IMG/VR virus record: IMGVR_UViG_3300047282_000591 | Span: 1 to 31,765 of that record | Reading direction: 5' to 3' (one strand) | From: a virus | Taxonomy: Duplodnaviria; Caudoviricetes | Length of the DNA: 31,765 bases | Shown here: piece by piece, positions 8,488-18,131 of the stretch | Position numbering within the stretch: position 1 is the first letter of the stretch | How the letters are laid out: each line of letters opens with the position of its first letter | Position numbers and translations under genes: made by a program | Notes under the pieces: model-generated | Seen by the model: only the letters and a program-made list of their open reading frames with translations | Told to the model about the DNA's origin: nothing | Databases searched by the model: none

Positions 8488-8715
8488 TCAATCTTTGGAT
8501 TTTTCGTACTCTTCGCGAGTCTGCCAATCCTCTTTGGACCAGCGACTTAGCCGATTCTCTGAGGATTTTTTACCCTCGTAACGACCGCCCGCTTCCTTAT
8601 AGTACTTTGTAGCTAATTGCATTGCACGGGCACTGTGTCCGCCGAGTTTTGCTCGTGCTTTAGCTTTCGCTCTTGCCCATTTTTCAGGGTCTTTTTTCTT
8701 AGCGATCTCAGCCAT
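8488..8715 (-). CDS. DUF5872-like protein, N-terminal half
   Basis: HSARAMQLATKYYKEAGGRY...LSRWSKEDWQT resembles the WSARKAQ...YKxxGGGY...W..EDWQT half of the family. Confidence 0.65.
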   Translation of the reverse strand: MAEIAKKKDPEKWARAKAKARAKLGGHSARAMQLATKYYKEAGGRYEGKKSSENRLSRWSKEDWQTREEYEKSKD

Positions 8716-8999
8716 TAGTAGAGAACGAAGACACCCTGGACGGAACCACTAACAAGTGCGGTACAGGAAATAGGAATAAGAGTATTACCCTCTAAGTTAA
8801 TCGCTGTGGACACCTGACCTGGAGCGTCTGACAGCTCTACAGACAAATAATCTTTACTGCCAGAAGCTTTAGCTTCAATAAAAATTGCGCGGCAGGCGGC
8901 AAAGTTTTTGCGGCCACCAGCGGGTGCCCAACCAAAACCACTCGCGTAGGGAAGTGAGGCTGTTTGCCCGTAAACAGAACCGAAAGCCCTAACGTCCAT
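8715..8999 (-). CDS. Small beta-rich protein, possibly head-spike-base-like
   Basis: 94 aa; CRAIFI...LSVELSD...GNTLIPISCTAL weakly recalls Rcc01079-type spike base proteins. Confidence 0.45.
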   Translation of the reverse strand: MDVRAFGSVYGQTASLPYASGFGWAPAGGRKNFAACRAIFIEAKASGSKDYLSVELSDAPGQVSTAINLEGNTLIPISCTALVSGSVQGVFVLY

Positions 9000-9000
9000 A

Positions 9001-9237
9001 TCAATCGAGTGTTTCTATAAGTTTAGCCAGATATTCAGCAGCTTTTTCCAGATCCTGTTTTCCGTTTTTATCTTCCCAGCGCCATAAATACTTATAAATA
9101 CAGCACTCCAAATAACCTTGAAATTTAACTAAACCTACAGAAGCTTTCTGTGCATCGTAGCACTCTAAACCATCCTTCTTGTAATAATTAGGCTTAACCG
9201 CAGGATCAACCGGGATTGAACCAGTAGATGGTTCCAT
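9001..9237 (-). CDS. DUF3310 (SaV-like) protein
   Basis: VKPNYYKKDGLECYDA...GYLECCIYKYLWRWEDKNGKQDLEKAAEYL matches the family pattern. Confidence 0.85.
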   Translation of the reverse strand: MEPSTGSIPVDPAVKPNYYKKDGLECYDAQKASVGLVKFQGYLECCIYKYLWRWEDKNGKQDLEKAAEYLAKLIETLD

Positions 9238-9355
9238 TCGAAGCTTCGATGTGGGCTCTCAGTCTATAGGCATCCTCTCGCCTGACTGTTGTGCAAGTAT
9301 GTGTACCGCGAAGGATATAGCAGACAGCTACAAATTCTGCCCCACGCGGGACCAT
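9206..9355 (-). CDS. Small hypothetical protein (49 aa)
   Basis: Not in the track. MVPRGAEFVAVCYILRG...NGTIYWFNPG; TAATG coupling to the upstream gene. Confidence 0.5.
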   Translation of the reverse strand: MVPRGAEFVAVCYILRGTHTCTTVRREDAYRLRAHIEASNGTIYWFNPG

Positions 9356-10230
9356 TAACCGAGCCTGAACATCTTATTACAGTCTATTACGTATCCCAAC
9401 TTCTCATGAAGTTCGGGCGCGTACTTAAGATCATCGTGTTTTAAAAGGCAGTCTTCATGAGGTTTGTAGACGCCGTGTTCCCGAATTAAAGGAATGCAGC
9501 GTCGGTGCTCGTGACCTTCCGGTATATCCTCAAAAGCTAAGCCCATCGAACTGCGGTCGGCGATAGGCCAGTTACGGATACCGACTTTTTGGTAGCTTTT
9601 CTCCGGATCGTAACTGTCTGAACGAATGTATCGATCTGCGTCTGACTGGTCCAGGATCATCGCTCCGTAATACGGGCTAGCGACCTGAACAAAAAACTGC
9701 ACAACGTGATCGATTACCAAAAATTTCGTTACGTTGAATCCTTTATCCCCCCAAATGCTGGGTGTCTCCTTTGTTAGACTATATACATAGTGATTATCAA
9801 ACGGGACCTTAAGGCCGTTATACGTTTCGTACCGAATAAAACCGGGCTCGAAACCCATTCGGTTTAATCTTGGTTTCCACCGCAGCCAATAGTTGAAACT
9901 ATTAAGCGGTATAACCATGTCATTTTCTTGGTAAATATAAAAGTCTGCTTGTTTATTTAAAACAGCTAAAGCTAGATCAGTTTTATGCGCCCAAGTTAAA
10001 TACCAGCCTTCATAACCAGGAGAAGCTACGACAACCTCTATTTTTAACTTTGCGAAGGCAGATAAAAGTTTTTCTAGTAGTTCAACATCATCTTGAGCTT
10101 CATAATTTATATAGATACGAATATGTACTTCAAATGGATACTTCTCGTAAGGACTAATTACGTTTACAAGGGAATTAAGTCTGCCGAGGGGGTTGTGGGC
10201 TGTAATAGCAACCCAGATTTTTTGATTCAT
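9355..10230 (-). CDS. Putative GT-A fold glycosyltransferase-like protein
   Basis: N-terminal strand WVAITAHN and a DFYIYQENDM (ExD) motif; directly downstream of TerL. Confidence 0.5.
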   Translation of the reverse strand: MNQKIWVAITAHNPLGRLNSLVNVISPYEKYPFEVHIRIYINYEAQDDVELLEKLLSAFAKLKIEVVVASPGYEGWYLTWAHKTDLALAVLNKQADFYIYQENDMVIPLNSFNYWLRWKPRLNRMGFEPGFIRYETYNGLKVPFDNHYVYSLTKETPSIWGDKGFNVTKFLVIDHVVQFFVQVASPYYGAMILDQSDADRYIRSDSYDPEKSYQKVGIRNWPIADRSSMGLAFEDIPEGHEHRRCIPLIREHGVYKPHEDCLLKHDDLKYAPELHEKLGYVIDCNKMFRLG

Positions 10231-10232
10231 TA

Positions 10233-11753
10233 TCAGTACTCAATCGAGAAGTTCCCACGCTTCTGTAAAAACGTGATCAACCAAACGTAAGCGTCCAAGA
10301 GGTCGTCGTGCGCAGTCGCACCAACGTTAATCAGCTGGTCGAAGAGTGCGTCGAACTTACGATATTTGTTAAAAGTCACTTTTTTGTTTTCCAACAGACC
10401 TAGAGTTCCCCGGAATCGTGCGATCTTATCCCCTCTAAATCCTTTAATTTCATGAATATGTAAGTTGCTCAGTTCTCTTTCATTAATGAGAACCCGCCGC
10501 AAGTCAGCGGCTAACGAAGCTTGGTACGCTACAGACTCAACGACGAGAGTAACCGTAGAGTATGTTGGGTAGAATACATCATCTTGCTTGGTGAGGATAC
10601 CCCACTCCAAGAGCATGTCACAAAGCAAATCTATTTTCTCTAAGTTGCCGATACTCCGGCACTGATGCGCATCGATGATGTAGTACTTATCCCCTAGACG
10701 GCCGCCAAGAACAAATGCTGTGTAGTCACTCGTTTCGTTTTTACTGGCGGACAAGTCGATGCCCACAGCAAGTGAATCGAACTCTGTAACAACTTCACTT
10801 TTAACTAACAGATCCGGTGAAACAACCAGATCAGAGGTCATCACAGGTTGTTGTTGGTACTGGAAGGCAAAAGCAACAGGATCTAACTCTTTTTGTCCCA
10901 ATAGGTATTCGGTGGACCATTGCTCAGGCCAATAACTGACCGGGTCCCCCATGTTGTTATACGTAATAGCTTCTTGTGTAACCTGCTTCCACCCTTTAGA
11001 GGGCACAAACATAGTCTTATGAATATCTAACGGGTGGAATCGAGTACCCAGACAAATAGAACGACCACCTTCGAAAATAATCGGCGCAATAACTGAAGAC
11101 CAGTTGTTATTCATCTCGTCCCGGATTGCCGGGTTTTTAATATCTGCGCTGGATTTAATAGGGTCATCAACGATAACGAGGTGAGCACGTTTCGAAGTAA
11201 TCGAGCCTCGGAGACCCGCCGCCCTCAACGTAAATTCTTCATCGCCCACGCGGGGGATGCCTGCAAAATCAAAGTCGATAGACCAACCAATATCTGACTG
11301 CATACCCGCTTTTAACTGAACACGCGGGAAAACCTTGCGGTACTCCGAAGAATCAATAATTTGACGAATAATCCGACTCTTTGGGATTGCGGTGGCGATG
11401 TTATAAGACACATAGATGATCTGCAGAGGAAGCTTTGCAGTTGTGTGCCTACCTATAATCCACGCGGTAAATAGGTTTAATACCGTGGATTTAGCCGAAC
11501 CCCGTGGGGCAAGAATATCCAGATTTGGCCCAGCGATATCCAGCAGGTACTTATTCGACTCTCCAGTGATCAAATGTTGGTGCCACTCCAGCATGTGCTT
11601 TGCTGGGGGTTTATCTAGAATAGTACAGAACGTATGAAAATCATCACGCGCCTTAGAGTAAATACTTCCTACGTTTGTTGATGTATCCTCTTGTGCCCGA
11701 AGTGCCCGCATTTGAGCACCGCGCCGATAGGCAAAGGTTTCCCGACTGGGCAT
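10233..11753 (-). CDS. terL: Terminase large subunit
   Basis: Walker A APRGSAKST, Walker B IVDDPIKS, motif III GTRFH, and nuclease acidic residues GIDLS, SDYTA and HDDLLDA. Confidence 0.95.
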   Translation of the reverse strand: MPSRETFAYRRGAQMRALRAQEDTSTNVGSIYSKARDDFHTFCTILDKPPAKHMLEWHQHLITGESNKYLLDIAGPNLDILAPRGSAKSTVLNLFTAWIIGRHTTAKLPLQIIYVSYNIATAIPKSRIIRQIIDSSEYRKVFPRVQLKAGMQSDIGWSIDFDFAGIPRVGDEEFTLRAAGLRGSITSKRAHLVIVDDPIKSSADIKNPAIRDEMNNNWSSVIAPIIFEGGRSICLGTRFHPLDIHKTMFVPSKGWKQVTQEAITYNNMGDPVSYWPEQWSTEYLLGQKELDPVAFAFQYQQQPVMTSDLVVSPDLLVKSEVVTEFDSLAVGIDLSASKNETSDYTAFVLGGRLGDKYYIIDAHQCRSIGNLEKIDLLCDMLLEWGILTKQDDVFYPTYSTVTLVVESVAYQASLAADLRRVLINERELSNLHIHEIKGFRGDKIARFRGTLGLLENKKVTFNKYRKFDALFDQLINVGATAHDDLLDAYVWLITFLQKRGNFSIEY

Positions 11754-11806
11754 ATCAGTAAGCTGACAATGTTGCTATATTAGCCGTATTGAAATTCTAC
11801 ATCTGA

Positions 11807-12979
11807 ATGGCCAGGATTCTTTGGCACGGTGATGCTTGTAGTAATACAGGATTTGGTCGAGTAACACATAGTGTACTAGAGCATCTGAGTAAAGACCATG
11901 AAGTACACGTATTAGGCATCAATTACAGCGGCGACCCACACGATTATCCGTACAAGATTTACCCAGCGGCAAACGTCAACTGCCCGGATCGATTCGGGCT
12001 GCCGCGTATCCCTGAGATTATCGACAAGGTAAGACCAGACATTTATATATGCCTAAACGATATTTGGGTCGCCAATCAGGTTTGGGAACAAGCTCAGTTC
12101 CTTCAAGAAAAATACAAGTTTAAATTTATCGTTTACTTCCCGGTAGATAGTCAGTCTTATTTGCCGGATATGTTACGCAATATCCCTCACTGGGATATGG
12201 CCATCACATTTACCATTAATAGCGCTCAACGCATCATCCAGCAGAAAGTTCCAGCCAAGCGACTAGGTGTTCTGCCACATGGCGTGGATACAGGCCGGTT
12301 CAAACCCATGCCCAGGGATGAAGCCCGAGATCAATTAGGACTCCCTAAAGATAAATTCATCGTATTAAACGCCAACAGAAACCAACCCCGCAAGCGCATT
12401 GATCTAACGATTAAAGCTTTTGCCAAATTCGCGGTTGATAAACCCGACACCATGTTGTATTTGCACATGAGTGCAAAAGATCTGGGTTGGGATGTTATTC
12501 CGCTGTTTAAGAAGGAGATGTCAGCGCAGGGTCTCGATGACCACAAGCGCTTGGTCATGACATCGCATAATATTAACTATATTGCTGCTCCGTCTGACGA
12601 AGTACTTAACCGTATCTATAACGCCTGTGACGTAGGTATTAACACAGCAGACGGTGAAGGTTGGGGATTGGTTAGTTTCGAACATGCGAGCTGCCGAAAA
12701 CCGCAGATTGTCCCCAACCACACCGTCTGCGCGGACATTTGGGAGGAAGCTGGGATGCTTTCCGACATTTCCTCGTGGGTGACCGATAAAGACCTCGGCG
12801 TGGAAAGAGGGTTGGTCAATATCGACCACATGGTGTCTCTGCTAAACGAGTTGTATTACGACCAAAACACTTATAAAGAAGTCGCCGACTCGTGCTACGC
12901 GGTGACACAACGAAAAGAGTACCGCTGGGAACACATCGCTCTAGGTTTCTCCAAAGCTGTCGAAGACCTTCTGGCTTGA
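11807..12979 (+). CDS. Glycosyltransferase family 4 (GT-B fold)
   Basis: TGFGRV, PHGVD, NRNQPRKRID and the EX7E motif EGWGLVSFE. Confidence 0.92.
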   Translation: MARILWHGDACSNTGFGRVTHSVLEHLSKDHEVHVLGINYSGDPHDYPYKIYPAANVNCPDRFGLPRIPEIIDKVRPDIYICLNDIWVANQVWEQAQFLQEKYKFKFIVYFPVDSQSYLPDMLRNIPHWDMAITFTINSAQRIIQQKVPAKRLGVLPHGVDTGRFKPMPRDEARDQLGLPKDKFIVLNANRNQPRKRIDLTIKAFAKFAVDKPDTMLYLHMSAKDLGWDVIPLFKKEMSAQGLDDHKRLVMTSHNINYIAAPSDEVLNRIYNACDVGINTADGEGWGLVSFEHASCRKPQIVPNHTVCADIWEEAGMLSDISSWVTDKDLGVERGLVNIDHMVSLLNELYYDQNTYKEVADSCYAVTQRKEYRWEHIALGFSKAVEDLLA

Positions 12980-12981
12980 TC

Positions 12982-14061
12982 ATGCAAACAACTCACCGTT
13001 TTTATCACGCTTACAGTGATTGCCTGTTTCCTATTAAACAGGAGGAAGAAGGAGTTCCCAGTGTTTACCGTCAAGCCGAAAATCTCGGCGGAACCTTCAC
13101 TCGAATTACCAAAGGGTTGCCGGATAACGCTGTAGCTAACTTCAGCCCCAGCATTATCCAACACAAGGATAAAATCTTCATCGCGTGGAGATCGCAACCG
13201 GAGCCCTTTGGCTTTAGATACGATCGCAACTACTTTTACTTAAATAACGGGAACACCGATATTTACATCGGCCAGCTGGCTGATGACGAAACGATTCTTG
13301 GAACAAAGAAGTTAAGGTCTAAACCGCATCGACTGAGTTATGAAGATCCACGCCTGTTCGTGGGTCCGGACGACGAACTATATGTGCAGTTTGTCGCTTC
13401 CACATACGCGAGTCGGTATAACCGAGGCGGTAAAAATCTATTCGATAACCCCAAAGTTATCGTTTGCTACGTGGATGAAAACGGCGAGGCTGTTAGCGCC
13501 GCAATCCCACCAATCGGAGAAAACAGAAATAAGGAGAAGCCAGAGAAAAACTGGTGCTTCTTCCCGTACAAGGACCAGCTGAGTTGTCTTTACTCCACGG
13601 TTCCTCTTGTTATTGAGAGCGAATCACTGCCTCGAATTGAGACTGACTCGGAGCCTCTTAAACAGGTCAGTAAAGGGTGTCCAACCTTTAACTCCACTGC
13701 CCCTATTGATCTGGGTTACGGCCATCTGGTGTTTTATCACTGGAAGCACATGACCCGCAGTGACTCAGGTCAGAACTATTTGATTTATCACCTAGGTAGC
13801 TACATCGCGAGTAAGGATTTCAAGGAGATCCTCTATGTCGATGAAAACCCGCTGTTTACGGGGTCTTTAAACGACAAGTTAATCCAGTGGACGGATTACG
13901 CAGGTAATCCTCTGTCGACACAACCAGCGGTAATCCTTCCTTTCGGTGCCTACGTCGAAGGAACCGATCTGGTTATGTCGTTGGGTGTAAATGATGCTTT
14001 TATGGGGATCTTCAGGACCCCCTTGGAAAACATCATGCGGCGATTTAAAAGAGTCAGTTAG
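12982..14061 (+). CDS. Beta-propeller glycoside hydrolase/phosphorylase-like protein (GH130/GH43 clan-like)
   Basis: FSPSII, YEDPRLF, EKNWCFF and a terminal GVND. Likely start is ATG 12982, just after the GT4 stop. Confidence 0.7.
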   Translation: MQTTHRFYHAYSDCLFPIKQEEEGVPSVYRQAENLGGTFTRITKGLPDNAVANFSPSIIQHKDKIFIAWRSQPEPFGFRYDRNYFYLNNGNTDIYIGQLADDETILGTKKLRSKPHRLSYEDPRLFVGPDDELYVQFVASTYASRYNRGGKNLFDNPKVIVCYVDENGEAVSAAIPPIGENRNKEKPEKNWCFFPYKDQLSCLYSTVPLVIESESLPRIETDSEPLKQVSKGCPTFNSTAPIDLGYGHLVFYHWKHMTRSDSGQNYLIYHLGSYIASKDFKEILYVDENPLFTGSLNDKLIQWTDYAGNPLSTQPAVILPFGAYVEGTDLVMSLGVNDAFMGIFRTPLENIMRRFKRVS

Positions 14062-14588
14062 CTCTTTTCTTCTCGCTCCAGAGTCGACCACACCAGGATT
14101 GAGGCGTCGTCCAATAAAGCCTGGATGGTCGGCTGTCCATCCAATGTCTGCATAAGTTCCCGCAAACAACGGTCGGCGCCGGCAAGTAATAAACCGCGTC
14201 GATCCAAACCGTCAGTAATAGCCCGAACAGATTGGATGTGGGAACGGAGTTCTTTCTGAAGAGCGGAGATCTTAGTAGCTGCTGTGGCATGATCTAACAT
14301 CCCCGTCAACGTCATATCTCGAACATTCTTAATGTCTGTTTGCAAACTGTCAATCTCTATTAATAAGATTTTACGTAAATCTTCTTTAGGGTACTTCTCC
14401 TGCACCCAAGCGGTTAGATCGCTAATACTACCTTGATATCCTGGGGTTAAAAACCTAGCGTACAAATAAGCTTCAATATCACTAGCCGAATTTTTCGCAT
14501 AGTGAACAAAAGCGTCTTTCTGGGATTTATCCAGAGACGCAAGCCACTCCGCGACTGTGTCGGAGCAGCCAATTGTCGATTTAATCAT
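14058..14588 (-). CDS. Hypothetical helical protein
   Basis: 176-aa ORF with ATGA overlap to the upstream gene; a TerS role is possible but unsupported. Confidence 0.6.
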   Translation of the reverse strand: MIKSTIGCSDTVAEWLASLDKSQKDAFVHYAKNSASDIEAYLYARFLTPGYQGSISDLTAWVQEKYPKEDLRKILLIEIDSLQTDIKNVRDMTLTGMLDHATAATKISALQKELRSHIQSVRAITDGLDRRGLLLAGADRCLRELMQTLDGQPTIQALLDDASILVWSTLEREEKS

Positions 14589-15283
14589 GCGAAGGACCGC
14601 TGTCCCGCTAAGGCTAAACCAGCCCCGAAACGTTTCAACGCAAGCTGACCCTCGACTTGTCCACGCTGTAAAGCAAGTTTATTGCGGGTATCCTCCTGCA
14701 TTTTCGAGATATCTAAATTGGTTTTAGAGATATCCGAAGCCAGTTGGTTACGGGCTAAGTTAGCTTGCAGACCTGCAGTGGCTTGAGCCTGAGCAGTCGG
14801 ATTCAGCAGCGTGGTTTCACCAACTAAACCAGTCTTCTGTAAATCGCTGACACCCTGAGCGTACAGTTTGGTTAGATTTGCTGCAGTCTCAGGTCCTAGC
14901 AACTCAGTAGAAGTCCGAGCTTTGGCAGCAAGATCCTGATTCCCGATTACGCTGCTCGCATACTGAGAAGCAATACCGGCTTGTAGGCCGGACTGCATTT
15001 GCTCCTTAGAAATAGCTTGAGAAAACTGGTCATATGCCTGTTGACCTAAGACGTTCGTCTGAAAATTAAGAGCCCGGATGTACGGAGCCATCATCTGGGC
15101 TAATTCTTGCCCAGCAATGGAAATTCGAGTCTGACCGGGAGCTAGTTCAGACGCGTAGAGCGCACTGTAATCTGCAGCGGGAGCTCCGCCGCCACGAAAA
15201 GCTCCGACAACACTACCGATACCGCCTAAAGCTGTGCCGGCACCGCCAAGTACTGCCCCAATCCCAGCTAAAGGTATAGCCAT
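14585..15283 (-). CDS. Putative internal virion/ejection protein
   Basis: Gly/Ala-rich hydrophobic N-terminus (MAIPLAGIGAVLGGAGTALGGIG) followed by Q/A-rich helices. Confidence 0.5.
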   Translation of the reverse strand: MAIPLAGIGAVLGGAGTALGGIGSVVGAFRGGGAPAADYSALYASELAPGQTRISIAGQELAQMMAPYIRALNFQTNVLGQQAYDQFSQAISKEQMQSGLQAGIASQYASSVIGNQDLAAKARTSTELLGPETAANLTKLYAQGVSDLQKTGLVGETTLLNPTAQAQATAGLQANLARNQLASDISKTNLDISKMQEDTRNKLALQRGQVEGQLALKRFGAGLALAGQRSFA

Positions 15284-15288
15284 ATCAA

Positions 15289-16047
15289 TTAACCTCCTTT
15301 AAGACTGGGAAGGGGAGAGTAAGCACCTTTAAAGGCTTCATTTAAAGCCTGCATTGTGCCTACATTCGGCTGTTGTGCCAGAAAAGCCACGCTGGCTAGA
15401 GCGCCCATTTGCTGAGCTTGGGTTTGCAGGCGTGCTTGCTCTAAATCACGCCAAGCCCGAATATTTTCGGTTTCAAGCTGACGGCGAGTGAGCTGTTCCC
15501 GACCCTGTTGAGCAATCGCAGCATTTAAGATGCTGGTCTTCATCAACTGCTCGGTCTTGAAGCGCTCCAATTCAGGGAAACGCTTTAAGATCTCTTCAAG
15601 CTTATCCTCAGCGGATTTAACAACAGGTTCAGTACCCTCTTTGGGTCCTTTTGTTTCCGGCAATTCAGGTTTAACTGGAGCCTCACCTGTTTCTAACTCT
15701 CCGGAAGAACCTGAATCGATAGGAGAACCAGCCGCACTACTAGGAATAGCAGCACTTAATTCGTCCGCAGAGACGCCGGGGGGAGTACCGTAGCGCTCAT
15801 AATATGGTTTCAATTCACGCCATTGTTTTGTGGCGTCATCCCAGTAAACTTTTTTGTCGTTTAAAACAGCTTCTTGTCCACGCTTGCGTTGTTGAGCCAA
15901 ACGTAAAGCTTTGGCCTGAGGCGTCTCTTGCGTGCCTCCGGTAACGCCGCCGAATAATTTTGCAGCAAGACCGATAGGAGCTGTGGCGGGATTAGATAAC
16001 AGGATATCCCCGAAATTAACAGGAGACTGTAAAAAACCGTCAGACAT
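15289..16047 (-). CDS. Hypothetical, possibly internal virion protein
   Basis: 252 aa, helical and Q-rich C-terminus. Confidence 0.55.
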   Translation of the reverse strand: MSDGFLQSPVNFGDILLSNPATAPIGLAAKLFGGVTGGTQETPQAKALRLAQQRKRGQEAVLNDKKVYWDDATKQWRELKPYYERYGTPPGVSADELSAAIPSSAAGSPIDSGSSGELETGEAPVKPELPETKGPKEGTEPVVKSAEDKLEEILKRFPELERFKTEQLMKTSILNAAIAQQGREQLTRRQLETENIRAWRDLEQARLQTQAQQMGALASVAFLAQQPNVGTMQALNEAFKGAYSPLPSLKGG

Positions 16048-16061
16048 AACTTACGAGCTCC

Positions 16062-16772
16062 TCACTGTACTTTAGCAATTTCTTGAAGTACAGGACTGTT
16101 TTCTAACTTGGCTCGCTCGTAAACGTTGTTGATGGCCGATTGCAGAATGTTCTTGGCGTAATCGTAACCAGACTGAACACGCTGACTCTGGACTTCGCCC
16201 AGCGATTTAACCTGCTGAGAACGAATCTGAGCCTCAGACTGAAGTGCTTGGTTAATAACGTCATACTCACGCTGAGCACGAATCTTGGCGATCTCACGCT
16301 CGGTGAGACTCTCAGCCATTTCAATGTTGCGCTGCTGAGCCTGCTCTAACAAAGTACGCTGCGAGGCCAAATCAGGAACATCAATCCCTAAGGACTGCAG
16401 CATCCTGCGGCGGAATACTTCAGGAGAAGATTTCAGCTCATACTCCATACCCAGCGAAGGGGAGATGAAGTACTTGCTGCTAATACCAGCATCAATCGAA
16501 CCAGCAGGTGCTGTAGCGCTTTCGATTGCGCCACCAGCAGCCATCTTGGAGATATCGCCAGCCCACGAAGCGAGTCCGCCCATAGCGTTATCCGCAGGCT
16601 GACCGGCAAGGGCCCTCATTGTCTGAGGATTACTTAAAAGCTGTATTGCCTGATCTTGGCTAAAACCCGCCCCAACAAGTTTCTGAGCAAGATTAATGAT
16701 TAAATCTGCAGCTACGGCGCCACCCGTGGCCTTAGCCGCACCGCCCACTAAACCAGCAAAGGGATTAGCCAT
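16062..16772 (-). CDS. Hypothetical, possibly internal virion protein
   Basis: 236 aa, Gly/Ala-rich N-terminus and coiled-coil C-terminus; SD GAG upstream. Confidence 0.55.
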   Translation of the reverse strand: MANPFAGLVGGAAKATGGAVAADLIINLAQKLVGAGFSQDQAIQLLSNPQTMRALAGQPADNAMGGLASWAGDISKMAAGGAIESATAPAGSIDAGISSKYFISPSLGMEYELKSSPEVFRRRMLQSLGIDVPDLASQRTLLEQAQQRNIEMAESLTEREIAKIRAQREYDVINQALQSEAQIRSQQVKSLGEVQSQRVQSGYDYAKNILQSAINNVYERAKLENSPVLQEIAKVQ

Positions 16773-16773
16773 A

Positions 16774-17007
16774 TCAACTCACTTGAGGGCGGTCGAATTG
16801 AGTACCAGAAGGTATCTTCTTCTGTAAGTTTACATCTTTAACTTCCATTTGCGGGACTACGCCACGCTCACGCTGTTCCCCAGAAGGTAAAGCAGCTGTC
16901 TGAGGAAAATTAGATTGAACGTACATGTCCAAAAAGGACACAGGATCAAGAGCCGGAGCAGTTTTACGAACGTCTTGATCAAACAGTTGCTGACGCCGAT
17001 CCATCAA
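16774..17007 (-). CDS. Hypothetical protein
   Basis: 77-aa ORF coupled to its neighbours. Confidence 0.55.
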   Translation of the reverse strand: MMDRRQQLFDQDVRKTAPALDPVSFLDMYVQSNFPQTAALPSGEQRERGVVPQMEVKDVNLQKKIPSGTQFDRPQVS

Positions 17008-17510
17008 CCCAGCTCTTGATAACGAACAGAAGCGGGAATAGTGCTAGAAGTGGGAGCATTCAACACGGAATACTGACCGCCATAGTTCGGCATGTCGTAC
17101 TCAAGAGGACGCTGCTGGCTCAGGTACTCACCGCCGGCAAGTGCGTCATCATCGATGTTCTGAATGAAATCAGCGAACATCTGAGCAAGCGTGGGATCAC
17201 TCATGATGATCTCCAGCAGACGATACAGCTCAGCCTGATCGTCGGGAGAAACAACGCCAGCCTCTAAACGACGACCCAACTGAACGCGTGCCTCGGGTTG
17301 GCGAACGTCGGGATACGTATTTAAGGAGCGCGTAGCGCCCATGTTCATACCGGCCGGATCCTCATGCCCAGGCATGGGGGGAGCGGCACGATGAAAATTC
17401 CGAAGAATCTGAGCAACCATGGGTGCTGCCACAGCTCGCTCAGCCGGAGTTTGGGGAACCGGAAGTCCGACTACGCGAGCTGCGAACTCATAATCTTGCG
17501 GACTAAACAC
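17004..17510 (-). CDS. Hypothetical protein
   Basis: 168-aa ORF overlapping both neighbours by a few nt. Confidence 0.6.
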   Translation of the reverse strand: MFSPQDYEFAARVVGLPVPQTPAERAVAAPMVAQILRNFHRAAPPMPGHEDPAGMNMGATRSLNTYPDVRQPEARVQLGRRLEAGVVSPDDQAELYRLLEIIMSDPTLAQMFADFIQNIDDDALAGGEYLSQQRPLEYDMPNYGGQYSVLNAPTSSTIPASVRYQELG

Positions 17511-17772
17511 CAGAACACACCACTACTGATGAGTCCATCTTAGACGAAATCTTCAAAATATCGCCAGGCTCAACGTCTAATACCAAGCAGATGCGTTCTA
17601 GAACATCAGGTGACGGTATGTAAGTCTCATCATAATATATCTTACGTGTTGTAGTAGGAGATAGACTGCTCATCTTACTCAGTCGAAACGAGGAGATTCC
17701 GTACGAATCGATGACTGATTTAAGAGTATTAATTAGTTTCCCGCAGCGAGTATGAGAGGAATAAAAGGGCAT
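17503..17772 (-). CDS. XRE/Cro-C1 family HTH transcriptional regulator
   Basis: LKSVIDSYGISSFRLSKMSSLSPTTTRKI...PSPDVLERICLVLDVEPGDIL. Confidence 0.85.
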   Translation of the reverse strand: MPFYSSHTRCGKLINTLKSVIDSYGISSFRLSKMSSLSPTTTRKIYYDETYIPSPDVLERICLVLDVEPGDILKISSKMDSSVVVCSGV

Positions 17773-17804
17773 CCCACTATTAATATGCTGATGTATAAGT
17801 TTAA

Positions 17805-18131
17805 TTAAAACTCGTCAATTTTGTAACTAGGGTCCAACTGCAGGGAATCGATAAGAGCATTACAGGCTTTGATGTTTGTTCTGTACCACTCGGATTGATC
17901 CACATCCATAAGTTCGCCCAGTAACTTCACGTTACATAAAAGAGGGCGATTCGAATAGACCGAGCATTTGTTATCAACCAGCTTCTCGCAAACCCCATTT
18001 AGATCGGGCTTAAAAGGAAACCGCTCGATAGCGTCCCCTAAAACGGGGTGACAATCATCCGGATTAAGGCTTAGAACGTTACCAATGACGCGACAACATG
18101 CGCTACACCCAGTACAGGGAAAGTCGTCCAT
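17805..18131 (-). CDS. YkgJ/CxxCxxCC cysteine-cluster protein
   Basis: FPCTGCSACCR...CEKL...CSVYSNRPLLC. Confidence 0.85.
   Translation of the reverse strand: MDDFPCTGCSACCRVIGNVLSLNPDDCHPVLGDAIERFPFKPDLNGVCEKLVDNKCSVYSNRPLLCNVKLLGELMDVDQSEWYRTNIKACNALIDSLQLDPSYKIDEF

Noticed and set aside
12892-12981. Upstream extension of the glycosidase-like ORF
   Set aside because: It overlaps the GT4 3' end; ATG 12982 directly after the stop is more plausible.
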